DNA from: Gemmatimonadota bacterium
GTDB taxonomy: Bacteria; Gemmatimonadota; Gemmatimonadetes; Longimicrobiales; Gaopeijiaceae
Direction: 5' to 3'
Length of the DNA: 42,888 bases
Assembly: GCA_030550695.1 (NCBI GenBank)
Contig: JAUQOX010000001.1
Span: 1 to 42,888 of the forward strand
The notes under the pieces were generated by a model. The model saw only the letters and a program-made list of their open reading frames with translations, was not told where the DNA came from and did not search any database. This document shows, in pieces, positions 34,889 through 42,888 of this stretch. The position numbers and the translations under genes were made by a program. Within the stretch, counting starts at the first letter, position 1; the number at the start of each line of letters is the position of its first letter.

Positions 34889-36328
34889 GTGGAGGCGGGC
34901 GTACCTTCCCAGGTCATCTTTCGCTTTTGGCTGCCCATGGCAGCCACGTGGCTCATGATGGCACTGGAAGGACCGTTCCTCGCCGCCGTCATCGCCCGCC
35001 TTCCCGAAGCCTCCTTCAATTTGGCCGCCTACGGCGTGGCCTACGCGTTCGCTCTTCTGGTGGAAGCGCCCGTGATCATGCTCATGAGTGCTTCCACGGC
35101 CCTGGTGGACTCCCTCCACAGTTACCGGCGGCTTAGGGCCTTCACCTACCTTTCGGTGGCTGGAGTTACCGCCTTTCAGTTCTTCCTCCTCATCCCGCCG
35201 GTGTTCAGCTTTGTCATGGAGAGGCTTCTGGCCCTCCCGGCCGAGGTGGTATCCCTCACCCGCACCGCCCTGTGGCTCCTCCTTCCATGGCCGGGGTCCA
35301 TCGGCTACCGGAGGCTCTACCAGGGGATCTTGATCCGGAGCGGCCGAACCCGCCTTGTGGCCATGGGGACCCTGGTCCGGCTGTCGTCCATGGCCATCAC
35401 GGCCCTCCTTCTCTCCTTCCTCCTTCACCCTCCCGGGGCCGTTGTGGGCGCTGCCGGCCTTTCCATGGGGGTCGTGGCCGAGGCGGCGGCCAGTCGACTC
35501 ATGGCGAGGAGAGCCCTGGCCGCCCTACCCACCTCCGTCCCCCCCGTGTGGGGCGGTCAGGCCTTGACCCTTTCCCGGATTGCCCAGTTCTACTTTCCCT
35601 TGGCCCTGACCTCCCTCATCTCCCTCGCTGCCCAGCCCCTCCTCACCTTCTTCATGGGAAGGGCCAAGGCGCCGCTGGAATCGTTGGCCGTGTTCCCCGT
35701 CGTGGCTTCCCTCACCTTCCTCTTCCGCTCTTTCGGCCTCTCCTTTCAAGAAGTGGCCATCGCCCTGCTGGGAAAGGACCCCAGGAATGTCCGCCCCTTG
35801 ACGCGTTTCGCCGCCTGGCTCGGGGTCGGTTCTTCCGCAGGGATGGCTCTGGTAGCTCTGACCCCGCTGGCATCCCTCTGGTTCGAAGGGGTTTCCGGGC
35901 TGACCCCGGAGCTGGCCGCCTTCGCTTTCGTCCCCACGGCGCTCCTCGTGCCCATACCCTTCACCATGGCGATCCTTTCCCTTCAGAGGGCACTTCTGGT
36001 TACGGTGCGTCGAACTCGCCCCATCACCGTGGCCACGGGCCTGGAGCTTATGGGTATTGCCGTGGTGTTTCCCCTGCTGGGCTGGAAAGCGGGGCTCGTG
36101 GGAGTCACCGCAGCATCGGTTTCCCTCGTGGTGGGGCGGATGATGGCAAATGTCTTCCTCTTCTGGGCCTGCTCCCGTGCCGGCCTTTCTCCCGGGTCGG
36201 GTAGCGACGGCCGCCGAGGAGAACCTCACTCCGCCCCTGGCCAGTATCGGGGTGAGGAGGAGGGGCCTGGCGGCCCGGCCAGGACTCCAGGGCCGTGGCC
36301 GATCACCGACCCCTACGTTTCCCGTTGA
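34889..36328 (+). CDS. Polytopic membrane protein, MATE/MOP-superfamily transporter-like
   Basis: The 479-aa product has about 12 hydrophobic segments. The N-terminus FRFWLPMAATWLMMALEGPFLAAVIARLPEASFNLAAYGVA resembles the first MATE repeat. It has a hydrophilic Gly/Pro/Arg-rich C-terminal tail. The GTG start lies 17 nt after the tRNA, and ATG 34937 is an alternative. Confidence 0.6.
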   Translation: MEAGVPSQVIFRFWLPMAATWLMMALEGPFLAAVIARLPEASFNLAAYGVAYAFALLVEAPVIMLMSASTALVDSLHSYRRLRAFTYLSVAGVTAFQFFLLIPPVFSFVMERLLALPAEVVSLTRTALWLLLPWPGSIGYRRLYQGILIRSGRTRLVAMGTLVRLSSMAITALLLSFLLHPPGAVVGAAGLSMGVVAEAAASRLMARRALAALPTSVPPVWGGQALTLSRIAQFYFPLALTSLISLAAQPLLTFFMGRAKAPLESLAVFPVVASLTFLFRSFGLSFQEVAIALLGKDPRNVRPLTRFAAWLGVGSSAGMALVALTPLASLWFEGVSGLTPELAAFAFVPTALLVPIPFTMAILSLQRALLVTVRRTRPITVATGLELMGIAVVFPLLGWKAGLVGVTAASVSLVVGRMMANVFLFWACSRAGLSPGSGSDGRRGEPHSAPGQYRGEEEGPGGPARTPGPWPITDPYVSR

Positions 36329-36400
36329 AGAGACTCCCCTTTCGCGGTAGGATTGACGAGTTCTAGCCCCTTTCGGTCCCCTTGCTCCGAGGTGCTGGCC

Positions 36401-37738
36401 ATGCGCGTCCCCCTCTCCGTGCTTGCTTTGGCCCTGGTCACCGCTGCTTGCCGAGGCGAGGAAAGGAACGGAGCCGCCGGAGTTTTTCCCTTCGAGACCC
36501 ATCGGGTTCGCTTGGACAACGGCCTGACGGCGTACCTCATCCGGGCCGGGTCTCCCGGCATCGTCGCCTATGTGAGTGTGGTGCGCTCGGGCTCCCGGGA
36601 TGAGGTGGAACCAGGACGGACCGGTTACGCACACTTCTTCGAGCACATGATGTTCCGGGGAACGCCTCGCTTCCCCAACTACGACGAGATCACGTCGGGC
36701 ATGGGCGCTGCGCGCAACGCCTTCACCTCCAACGATATGACCGTCTACTACCTCGTGGCTGCCTCCGAGTATCTCGAGGCCATCATGGATTTGGAGGCAG
36801 ACCGATTCCAGAATTTGAACTACACGGAGCAGGCCTTTCGGACGGAGGCGGGGGCCATTCTGGGGGAGTACCAGCAGAGTGCCCTGAATCCTCAAAGCTT
36901 TCTGGACAAGCATGTGAGGCTCGTTGCCTACCAGCGGCACACCTATCGCCACCAAACCATCGGCTTCGAGGAAGATGTGCGGAACATGCCGGAAGGCTAT
37001 GAATACAGCCTCTCCTTCTTCCGTCGCTTCTACCGGCCGGAAAACGTGATCCTGGTCATTGCCGGAGATTTCGACGTGAAGGCCGCTGCCCGTTGGGTGG
37101 AGCAGTATTACGGAGGGTGGGCGACGGGTTATACCCCGCCCCAGGTGGAGCCGGAGCCGGAACCCGGCGGCCCCCGGGAGATCGAAGTGAGGTATCCGGG
37201 CCGGACGCTCCCCATCCTCGCCATAGGATACCTGGGACCGGCGTGGAGCGCGACCGACCGCCTTGCGGTGGCCGCGGAAGTCCTCGGCGCCGTGGCGTTC
37301 GGCCCGAATTCCGAGCTCTACAAGAAGCTGGTGATCCAAGAGGGGCGGGTGCAATATCTGGTATCGGACTTCAGTCTGGCCAGAGACCCCTCCCTTCTTC
37401 TGATCCAGACCATGGTGAATGACCCCGCCGATGTGGCCAAGGTCCGGCAGGAGATCCTGGAGGTCGTGGAAAAGTTCCGGACCGAGCCGGTGCCCTCGGG
37501 GCTCTTGGAAGACACCAAGAAGCACCTCAGGTATTCTTTTCTCATGGGGCTGGAAACTGCGCAAGACGTGGCCTTCTCGCTGATTCCTTTCCTGGTCAAC
37601 GCAGGACAGCTGGAAGCTGTGGAGCAGTACTACGCCACCTTGGCGTCCATCACCGCCGAGGAGGTCCAGGAAGCCGCCAGGCAGTTCCTGCAGCAGGATC
37701 GGCGGGTGGTGGCCCTCATGACCCAGGAGGGGAACTGA
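36401..37738 (+). CDS. M16 family zinc metallopeptidase (active subunit), lipoprotein-type signal
   Basis: The signal peptide has a lipobox (LALALVTAAC). The inverted zinc motif HxxEH is present (GYAHFFEHMMFRG), with typical M16 N and C domains. I prefer ATG 36401 over the track TTG 36353. Confidence 0.88.
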   Translation: MRVPLSVLALALVTAACRGEERNGAAGVFPFETHRVRLDNGLTAYLIRAGSPGIVAYVSVVRSGSRDEVEPGRTGYAHFFEHMMFRGTPRFPNYDEITSGMGAARNAFTSNDMTVYYLVAASEYLEAIMDLEADRFQNLNYTEQAFRTEAGAILGEYQQSALNPQSFLDKHVRLVAYQRHTYRHQTIGFEEDVRNMPEGYEYSLSFFRRFYRPENVILVIAGDFDVKAAARWVEQYYGGWATGYTPPQVEPEPEPGGPREIEVRYPGRTLPILAIGYLGPAWSATDRLAVAAEVLGAVAFGPNSELYKKLVIQEGRVQYLVSDFSLARDPSLLLIQTMVNDPADVAKVRQEILEVVEKFRTEPVPSGLLEDTKKHLRYSFLMGLETAQDVAFSLIPFLVNAGQLEAVEQYYATLASITAEEVQEAARQFLQQDRRVVALMTQEGN

Positions 37739-37740
37739 CC

Positions 37741-39324
37741 ATGAAACGCACCGCCGTCGCCCGCTTCGGAGGCTTGGCAGCCTTCTCGTTGAGCGGTCTT
37801 GCTCTTTGGGGCTCTCCCCCTCCGGTGCCCCAGGCCGCCCGCTTCGATGAAAAGCGAGGCCTCATTGAACTCCCCGAACCTCACTCCCCCTTTGTAGCCT
37901 TCAACATTTGGGTCAAGGTGGGATCCCAGAACGATCCGCCCGGAAAGGAAGGTCTTGCAGCCCTCACGGCAGCCCTGTTGGCGGAGGGATCCACCCGCGA
38001 GGACCCCTACGAAAGCATCTTGGCCAAGCTGTATCCCATGGCCGCAGGCTACTCCTACAGCGTAGACAAGGAGATGACGGTCTTCACCGGGCGCGTCCAC
38101 CGGGACAATCTCGACAACTATTACGCCCTTTTCCGCAATGCTCTCTTGAGCCCTGCTTTCAAAGAGGAGGACTTTGCCAGGGTCAAGAGCCAGACCATGA
38201 ACTATCTGGAGCGGGGTCGACGGTACGGACGTGATGAGGAACTCACCAAAGAGCTCCTTTTCGCACTGGCCTATCGAGGCACTCCTTACGAGCATCCCGA
38301 GGAAGGATATGTAGAGAGCGTGTCTTCCATCACGCTCGAGGACGTGCGGGACTTCTACGCCTCCACCTATCTCAGGAACAATCTGGTGGTGGCTGTAGGG
38401 GGCGGGTACCCCGAAGGCTTCCCGAGCCGGGTTCGGAACGACTTCGACCGACTCCCGGAGGGGCGAGTGCCTTGGGTTCCGCCACCGCGGCCTCGAACTC
38501 CCGAACGGGTAGAAGTTCTCATCGTGGAGAAACCCACCGATGCCACCCCGGTATCCATCGGCTTCCCCATCCATCTTCTGCGGGGGGACAACGATTTCTT
38601 CGACCTCCTGGTATTCAACTCATGGCTGGGGGAACACCGGAACTCCTTCAGCCACCTCTACCAGGTGATTCGGGAACGGAGGGGCATGAACTACGGGGAT
38701 TACTCCTACATCGAGGCATTCCCGCTGGGCTACGCCACCCAGCAGCCACCGGTGAACGTGGCCCGGCGGAGCCAGCTTTTCGAAATCTGGCTCCGCCCCA
38801 TTTCCAACACCACTCCCACGGACCTGCACCCGCGCGTCGTATTCGCCACCCGGGCTGCCCTGCGGGAGCTGGATCGGGTAGTGCGGTACGGACTCCCCAG
38901 CGAAGAGGTGGAAAGGACGAAGCAATTCCTGTGGAACTACACGGTGCATTGGGGGAACACCCTCTCCCGGCGCTTGGCTTATGCGGTGGATGATGTGTTC
39001 TACGGCATTCCCGCCCCCGGGTACCTGGCCCAAATCCGCCCCGGATTGGAACGGGTGACGCCCGAGTCGGTGAGGGAGGCCCTCCGCGTGCACCTCCGAT
39101 CCCCGGGCTATTACCTGGTCTTCATCACCCGCAACGCTCGGGAACTCAAGGACCTTTTGGTCCGCGGGGCCCCCACGCCCATCACTTATCCCGGCCCGCA
39201 ACCACGGGAAATTCTGGAAGAAGATCAGGAGATTGCCCGATACCCCATCCCGGTCAGGGAGGAAGACGTGCGGATCTTGGATATCTCCCAGGTGTTCCAG
39301 CGGCCCATGGGAAGCGCATGGTGA
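37741..39324 (+). CDS. M16 family peptidase-like protein lacking the HxxEH motif (probable non-catalytic partner subunit)
   Basis: It has a signal peptide and M16 fold-like regions, but the position of the zinc motif reads GLAALTAALLAEGS. The start lies 2 nt after the stop of the active M16 gene. Confidence 0.8.
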   Translation: MKRTAVARFGGLAAFSLSGLALWGSPPPVPQAARFDEKRGLIELPEPHSPFVAFNIWVKVGSQNDPPGKEGLAALTAALLAEGSTREDPYESILAKLYPMAAGYSYSVDKEMTVFTGRVHRDNLDNYYALFRNALLSPAFKEEDFARVKSQTMNYLERGRRYGRDEELTKELLFALAYRGTPYEHPEEGYVESVSSITLEDVRDFYASTYLRNNLVVAVGGGYPEGFPSRVRNDFDRLPEGRVPWVPPPRPRTPERVEVLIVEKPTDATPVSIGFPIHLLRGDNDFFDLLVFNSWLGEHRNSFSHLYQVIRERRGMNYGDYSYIEAFPLGYATQQPPVNVARRSQLFEIWLRPISNTTPTDLHPRVVFATRAALRELDRVVRYGLPSEEVERTKQFLWNYTVHWGNTLSRRLAYAVDDVFYGIPAPGYLAQIRPGLERVTPESVREALRVHLRSPGYYLVFITRNARELKDLLVRGAPTPITYPGPQPREILEEDQEIARYPIPVREEDVRILDISQVFQRPMGSAW

Positions 39325-39424
39325 AGGGGGATGCCCAAGATCGCCCATAGGCTAACCGCAATCCCACCACTGCTGCCGGCGGTCCAGGAAAGCCGACCCA
39401 GGCTTGTGACAGGTCCCCCGACGG

Positions 39425-39484
39425 GCGCTGCGACCGGAGGAAAGCAAAACCGAGGCAAGGTGTTCGGGCCTCCGGTCGCAGCGC
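39425..39484. terminator. Perfect 16-bp inverted repeat (hairpin) between convergent genes; candidate bidirectional terminator
   Basis: GCGCTGCGACCGGAGG (39425-39440) pairs perfectly with CCTCCGGTCGCAGCGC (39469-39484) around a 28-nt loop. On the + strand it is followed by TCCTTTCC. It ends 8 nt from the M14 stop codon. Confidence 0.45.
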
Positions 39485-39491
39485 TCCTTTC

Positions 39492-41417
39492 CTATCGGCC
39501 TAGCGAAAACTCCCGCTCCGCCACTCCTCCCCGGGTTGAGAGGATGCGGGCTTTCCCACGTACCACGCCGGGTCCCTGAACTTCCACACGGAACGTGGTG
39601 CTGGCCCGCTCCCCGGGGTCCAGCCACCCCATGTCCACAGTGCCTTGGGGGTTCGGCTCCACAATGCGGACCTGGGGACCTTCACGGCCGGACGGCGGAA
39701 ACTCCAACACAGCCCGGTCGGGACGAACGATCTTGACCAGTCGGGCCTGTCGAAGAGCCGTGGGAAGACCGCCCACGTTCCGCCAGCCCACCGTCACCTC
39801 GAAAGTCCGGCGGTCGGCCTCCCGCCCAACTTCCTTGACCTCAATCTCTTCCATCTCCAGCAAGGGCAGATGCTGGGCGAGGGTGAGGTTGAAGAGGCCC
39901 TGGTTCCGGACCCAGCGCTCCAGGTCGGCGGGGGGAGGATTCTGGCGGAAGAACTTGGGGTGCCACCCTCCAATCTCCACCGGGCCGTAGAGGGGGTGAT
40001 GGAACGGTCTCCACTCCCGGAACGCCAATCCTTGATTGTATGTGTCGTCCCACAGAAGGGCGTCCAACTCGTCCTCCACCCCGTCCCCGTTCAAGTCCGG
40101 AAATCTTCCCCCGTTCCAAAGCTCGTCCCCGTACCAGATAGCCCCGTAGTACCAGTAGCCGAAATCCGGTCCATGGCCGAAGAGGGGACTCCCGGCGTTG
40201 GGATCCGTACTCCGACCTCGGGTGGCGTAATCGTGGTATACGTCCCCGGCGTAGGGATAGCCCGTGATGCTTACCCCGATGGAATCGAAATACTCGTAAT
40301 AGGCCAAATCCTCGGGGTACATCCTCTCGTGGCCCGGGGACGTGGAGGGCGCCCGGAGATGCATGGGCACCGCCGTATCCATGGAGTTCACCACCGACAC
40401 GTTCGGGTTCTCCAACAGCCAGACCACCACCGACCGGGTTTCGATCTCGCTCAAGGGAAACTCCCCGGCCCCGGTTTGGGTGAATCCCCTCCCGGTCCGG
40501 TCCCGCCCCGGCATGGGGCGCCAGTTCTCCGCATAGTTCCGGTGGAGATCCAGCCCACCGATCCCGTCCTCGTCCACCCGTCCATCGCCGTCATTGTCCA
40601 GCCCTTCCCCCACCACCACCCATATGGCTTCTTCGCCGGGCCGGGCCCTTCTCATGAGCCGACCGGAGGGGTCCCGTTCGTCGGGGACCATCGTTGCCAC
40701 ATCGTCCGTGCCGGGCCGAGGCCGGAACCGCACCTGGAGGATCACGCCGTCTCCGTCCAGGTCGTCCGCCGGATCCTCGTCCAGGAGCCCGTCACCGTCG
40801 TTGTCCACAGGTCGGTTGGTGCTGCGATTCGTCTGGGCTGTATGGAGGTAGAGTTCGCTCCCGTCGGGATTGTTCTTCGGCCGGAAGTAGAGGGCACGGG
40901 TATCCAAAAGGCGGGTCACGGCCGGATCTTTTCCGTAGTTCTCCAGCACGTATTTCATAAGCCAGAGAACGGTTTCTGCCGAAGTCACCTCGCCGGAGTG
41001 CCGGTTCCCCTCGAAGAAGGCAGCAGGCTTGTCGGTGGCCGGCCCGGTTTTCTTGTTGGTGACGGTGGCCTGCAGAATGGGGCGACCCTCGAAACTGCGG
41101 GCCACCTCGTAGACCTCCACCAAGTCCGGGTACTGCTCTTCCCACCGCCTCAACCAGGTGTACATGACCTCCAGGGTGTGGTACCGGTCGAAGGTCAGGG
41201 TGGGCCCTGCCTCGTACTCCACCTCGGGATGCCGTACCTTTGGGAAGAAGTTGGGCCCGTGGCGAAAGGCCTCCAGGGTAAACCATTCGGGGACCCTAGC
41301 TCCCTGGGCCGTGCCCTCCCCCATCCCGGGGCGGGCCCCGGCGGGCTGGGCCTGAAGGGGAAGGGAGGCCGCCAGGATCCATAGAGCGGCCAAACATGCG
41401 CATCCGGTTCTGGACAT
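39492..41417 (-). CDS. Secreted M14 family metallocarboxypeptidase with Asp-rich calcium-binding-like inserts
   Basis: It has a signal peptide (MSRTGCACLAALWILAASLPLQAQ), the zinc motif region FFEGNRHSGEVTSAE, a later GLDLHRNY and DxDxDG-type runs (DNDGDGLLDEDPADDLDGDG, DNDGDGRVDEDG). I chose the start at 41417 (GGAG 6 nt upstream); ATG 41429 is an alternative. The track start at 41630 is an extension. Confidence 0.82.
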   Translation of the reverse strand: MSRTGCACLAALWILAASLPLQAQPAGARPGMGEGTAQGARVPEWFTLEAFRHGPNFFPKVRHPEVEYEAGPTLTFDRYHTLEVMYTWLRRWEEQYPDLVEVYEVARSFEGRPILQATVTNKKTGPATDKPAAFFEGNRHSGEVTSAETVLWLMKYVLENYGKDPAVTRLLDTRALYFRPKNNPDGSELYLHTAQTNRSTNRPVDNDGDGLLDEDPADDLDGDGVILQVRFRPRPGTDDVATMVPDERDPSGRLMRRARPGEEAIWVVVGEGLDNDGDGRVDEDGIGGLDLHRNYAENWRPMPGRDRTGRGFTQTGAGEFPLSEIETRSVVVWLLENPNVSVVNSMDTAVPMHLRAPSTSPGHERMYPEDLAYYEYFDSIGVSITGYPYAGDVYHDYATRGRSTDPNAGSPLFGHGPDFGYWYYGAIWYGDELWNGGRFPDLNGDGVEDELDALLWDDTYNQGLAFREWRPFHHPLYGPVEIGGWHPKFFRQNPPPADLERWVRNQGLFNLTLAQHLPLLEMEEIEVKEVGREADRRTFEVTVGWRNVGGLPTALRQARLVKIVRPDRAVLEFPPSGREGPQVRIVEPNPQGTVDMGWLDPGERASTTFRVEVQGPGVVRGKARILSTRGGVAEREFSLGR

Positions 41418-41427
41418 AGGAATCTCC

Positions 41428-42564
41428 ATGGAAGAGGGGCACAACGGGGCAACCTGGGGTCCAAGGCGCCCCGGGACAAGGGGGAAAGGCGAGAGGGCGA
41501 GGGGGCAGGGCCTGCAGGCCCTCTCTTTCCGCCTCGATCTGGTGGAGGCACGCAGGACGATAGCCCCCTTTGTCCGCCGGACCCCCTTGGTCCGAATGAG
41601 GGAGCTGGATTCAGCTGCCGTGGGGGCCATCTACCTCAAGCTGGAATCCCTCCAGGTCACCGGCTCCTTCAAGATCCGGGGAGCCGCCAACCGCTTGGCC
41701 GCCCTGAGGGCGGAGGAACGCTCTCGCGGTGTGGTGGCCTGCTCCAGTGGAAACCATGGGAAGGCGGTGGCCCACATGGCCGCCCTTCTGGGCATCCCGG
41801 CCACGATCTTCGTGCCTCGGTGGGTAGACCCGACAAAGCAATCGGCCATGGAGACAGCCGGGGCGCAGGTGGTCCTGGCCGGCGACACCTACGACGAGGC
41901 AGAGGCTCAAGCCCTGGACTGGGCTCTCGCCCGAGGGATGACCTTCGTCCAGCCCTTCGACGACCCCTGGGTGGTGGCGGGACAGGGCACCATCGGATTG
42001 GAACTCCTGGAGGACATCCCGGACCTCAGTCGGGTGTTGATCCCGTTGTCGGGGGGAGGACTCGCCGGCGGCATCGCCTACGCCCTGAAGGAGAGACGGC
42101 CGGAAGTGGAGGTGGTGGCCGTGTCCGCCGAGCGGGCCCGGGCCATGGTGGAGAGCCTCCGGGCCGGCGCACCGGTAGAAATCCCCGAGGAGGAGACCTT
42201 GGCCGAGGCCTTGTCCGGCGGCATCGGCCGGGAGAATCGGTACACCCTGGCCCTGATCCGGGAACTCGTCGACCGACACTCCCTGGTTTCCGAAGAGGCC
42301 ATCGCCGCGGCCATGGCCTACGCCTTCCACGAGCTGCACCTTGTGGTGGAGGGTGGGGGGGCGGTGGCCTTGGCGGCGGCTCTGCTGGAGGCAGGGCGAG
42401 GGCAACCCCGAGGAGGGTCCACCGCAGTTTTGGTGAGCGGAGGAAACGTGTCCATGGCCCGCTGGGTGGAGGTCCTGGGAAGGTATGATCCACCCGGGCC
42501 CGCCCGCATCCGCCAGGCTTCCCATCCTCCCCCCGCCCTCCGCCCTCGCCGTCGGCGGGGCTAG
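41428..42564 (+). CDS. PLP-dependent threonine/serine dehydratase family protein
   Basis: It has the PLP-lysine motif TGSFKIRGA, SSGNHGKAVA and the Gly-rich loop LSGGGLAGG. The start is uncertain. ATG 41428 (AGGAA upstream) gives a ~35-aa Gly/Arg-rich leader and lies 10 nt from the divergent M14 start. GTG 41542 would give MEARRTIAPFVRRTPL and a 124-bp divergent intergenic region. Confidence 0.8.
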   Translation: MEEGHNGATWGPRRPGTRGKGERARGQGLQALSFRLDLVEARRTIAPFVRRTPLVRMRELDSAAVGAIYLKLESLQVTGSFKIRGAANRLAALRAEERSRGVVACSSGNHGKAVAHMAALLGIPATIFVPRWVDPTKQSAMETAGAQVVLAGDTYDEAEAQALDWALARGMTFVQPFDDPWVVAGQGTIGLELLEDIPDLSRVLIPLSGGGLAGGIAYALKERRPEVEVVAVSAERARAMVESLRAGAPVEIPEEETLAEALSGGIGRENRYTLALIRELVDRHSLVSEEAIAAAMAYAFHELHLVVEGGGAVALAAALLEAGRGQPRGGSTAVLVSGGNVSMARWVEVLGRYDPPGPARIRQASHPPPALRPRRRRG

Positions 42565-42652
42565 GAACCGCCTCGCCGGAGGGGAGCAAACGCCGTGGAA
42601 GCTCGGTTCCGACCGACCGGCGCCAGGGGTTCCTGCCCTGGGCCCGATCCCG

Positions 42653-42888
42653 TTACAGGCCGAGGGCTAGCCCTTTGCCCCGGGGATCCGCCACGCCCCA
42701 GAAACGAACAGGACGCCCGCCGGGGCCCCATTCGACCATGAGGGCATGGGCATTTCCCAGAGCCTCGATGCGGACCGCCGCATGTCCCCGGAACCGCAGG
42801 GCTCGCACCACTTCGGCTGGAAGAGTCTCTTCCACCAGAAGGATATCCGGCTCGGCGAAGGCGATCCTGGGAGCCGCCACCGCCTGAG
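42653..42888 (-). CDS. ggt: Gamma-glutamyltransferase-like protein, C-terminal fragment (5' part lies beyond the window)
   Basis: The C-terminal sequence ...LGNAHALMVEWGPGGRPVRFWGVADPRGKGLALGL resembles the GGT small-subunit end (G-x-ADPR-x-x-G). The frame stays open to the window edge, and the stop is TAA at 42653-42655. Confidence 0.5.
   Translation of the reverse strand, partial: QAVAAPRIAFAEPDILLVEETLPAEVVRALRFRGHAAVRIEALGNAHALMVEWGPGGRPVRFWGVADPRGKGLALGL

Noticed and set aside
27955-36328. tRNA-Gly and tRNA-Arg as integration sites for a genomic island.
   Set aside because: No integrase, excisionase, phage or transposase gene follows either tRNA. I found no direct repeat of the tRNA 3' ends downstream by eye. 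The flanking genes (DUF512-der-plsY-gpsA and the peptidases) look chromosomal and share the same codon style.
1-42888. Window-wide look for CRISPR arrays, defence systems, toxin-antitoxin pairs, retrons, prophage or insertion sequences.
   Set aside because: I found no regularly spaced direct repeats, no cas, restriction, nuclease-helicase or reverse-transcriptase-like ORFs, and no terminal inverted repeats flanking a transposase. Apart from four hypothetical or small ORFs that I could not assign to a family, the coding space is accounted for by recognisable housekeeping or envelope genes.

Overview
This is a visibly GC-rich (not computed), very compact bacterial chromosomal segment. I support about 38 CDS and 2 tRNA genes. 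Every gene lies on the + strand up to about 39.3 kb, and only the M14 peptidase and a truncated ggt-like gene at the right edge are on the - strand. The organism is a diderm, because BamA, Skp/OmpH, LolCDE-type genes and most of the Raetz lipid A pathway are present. The LpxC-FabZ fusion and BshC fit an FCB-superphylum-like lineage, but I cannot assign a taxon from sequence alone.

Gene order is as follows:
- 1-12 kb: acidic hypothetical (possibly 5' truncated), prfB (with its +1 programmed frameshift), lysS, Lol permease, lolD, mcsA-like, mcsB, clpC, bamA.
- 12-26 kb: skp, lpxD, lpxC-fabZ, lpxA, Gfo/Idh/MocA oxidoreductase, 44-aa membrane micro-ORF, lpxB, DUF374, lpxK, rlmH, bshC, small coiled-coil membrane protein, murJ, uvrC.
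- 26-34 kb: TPR lipoprotein, tRNA-Gly(CCC), PDZ/radical-SAM-like DUF512, der, plsY, gpsA, MerR regulator, pcm, YqaA/DedA-like protein.
- 34-43 kb: acidic repeat-containing hypothetical, tRNA-Arg(CCT), MATE/MOP-like membrane protein, active and inactive M16 peptidase pair, M14 carboxypeptidase (-), threonine/serine dehydratase, ggt fragment (-).

I saw no CRISPR array, rRNA, transposase, integrase, toxin-antitoxin pair or recognisable defence island. Many long ORFs in the track are antisense shadows or out-of-frame upstream extensions typical of GC-rich DNA.

I did not find a convincing new multi-gene system. The items most worth follow-up are:
- a CtsR-less McsA-McsB-ClpC arginine-phosphorylation module embedded in an envelope-biogenesis gene string of a diderm;
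- a GnnA-like oxidoreductase, a micro-ORF and DUF374 inside a lipid A cluster that lacks lpxH/I/G and waaA;
- an unknown acidic protein with a tandem 19-aa repeat under apparent purifying selection, next to a transporter-like gene and a peptidase cluster;
- an unusual head-to-head start region at 41.4 kb.
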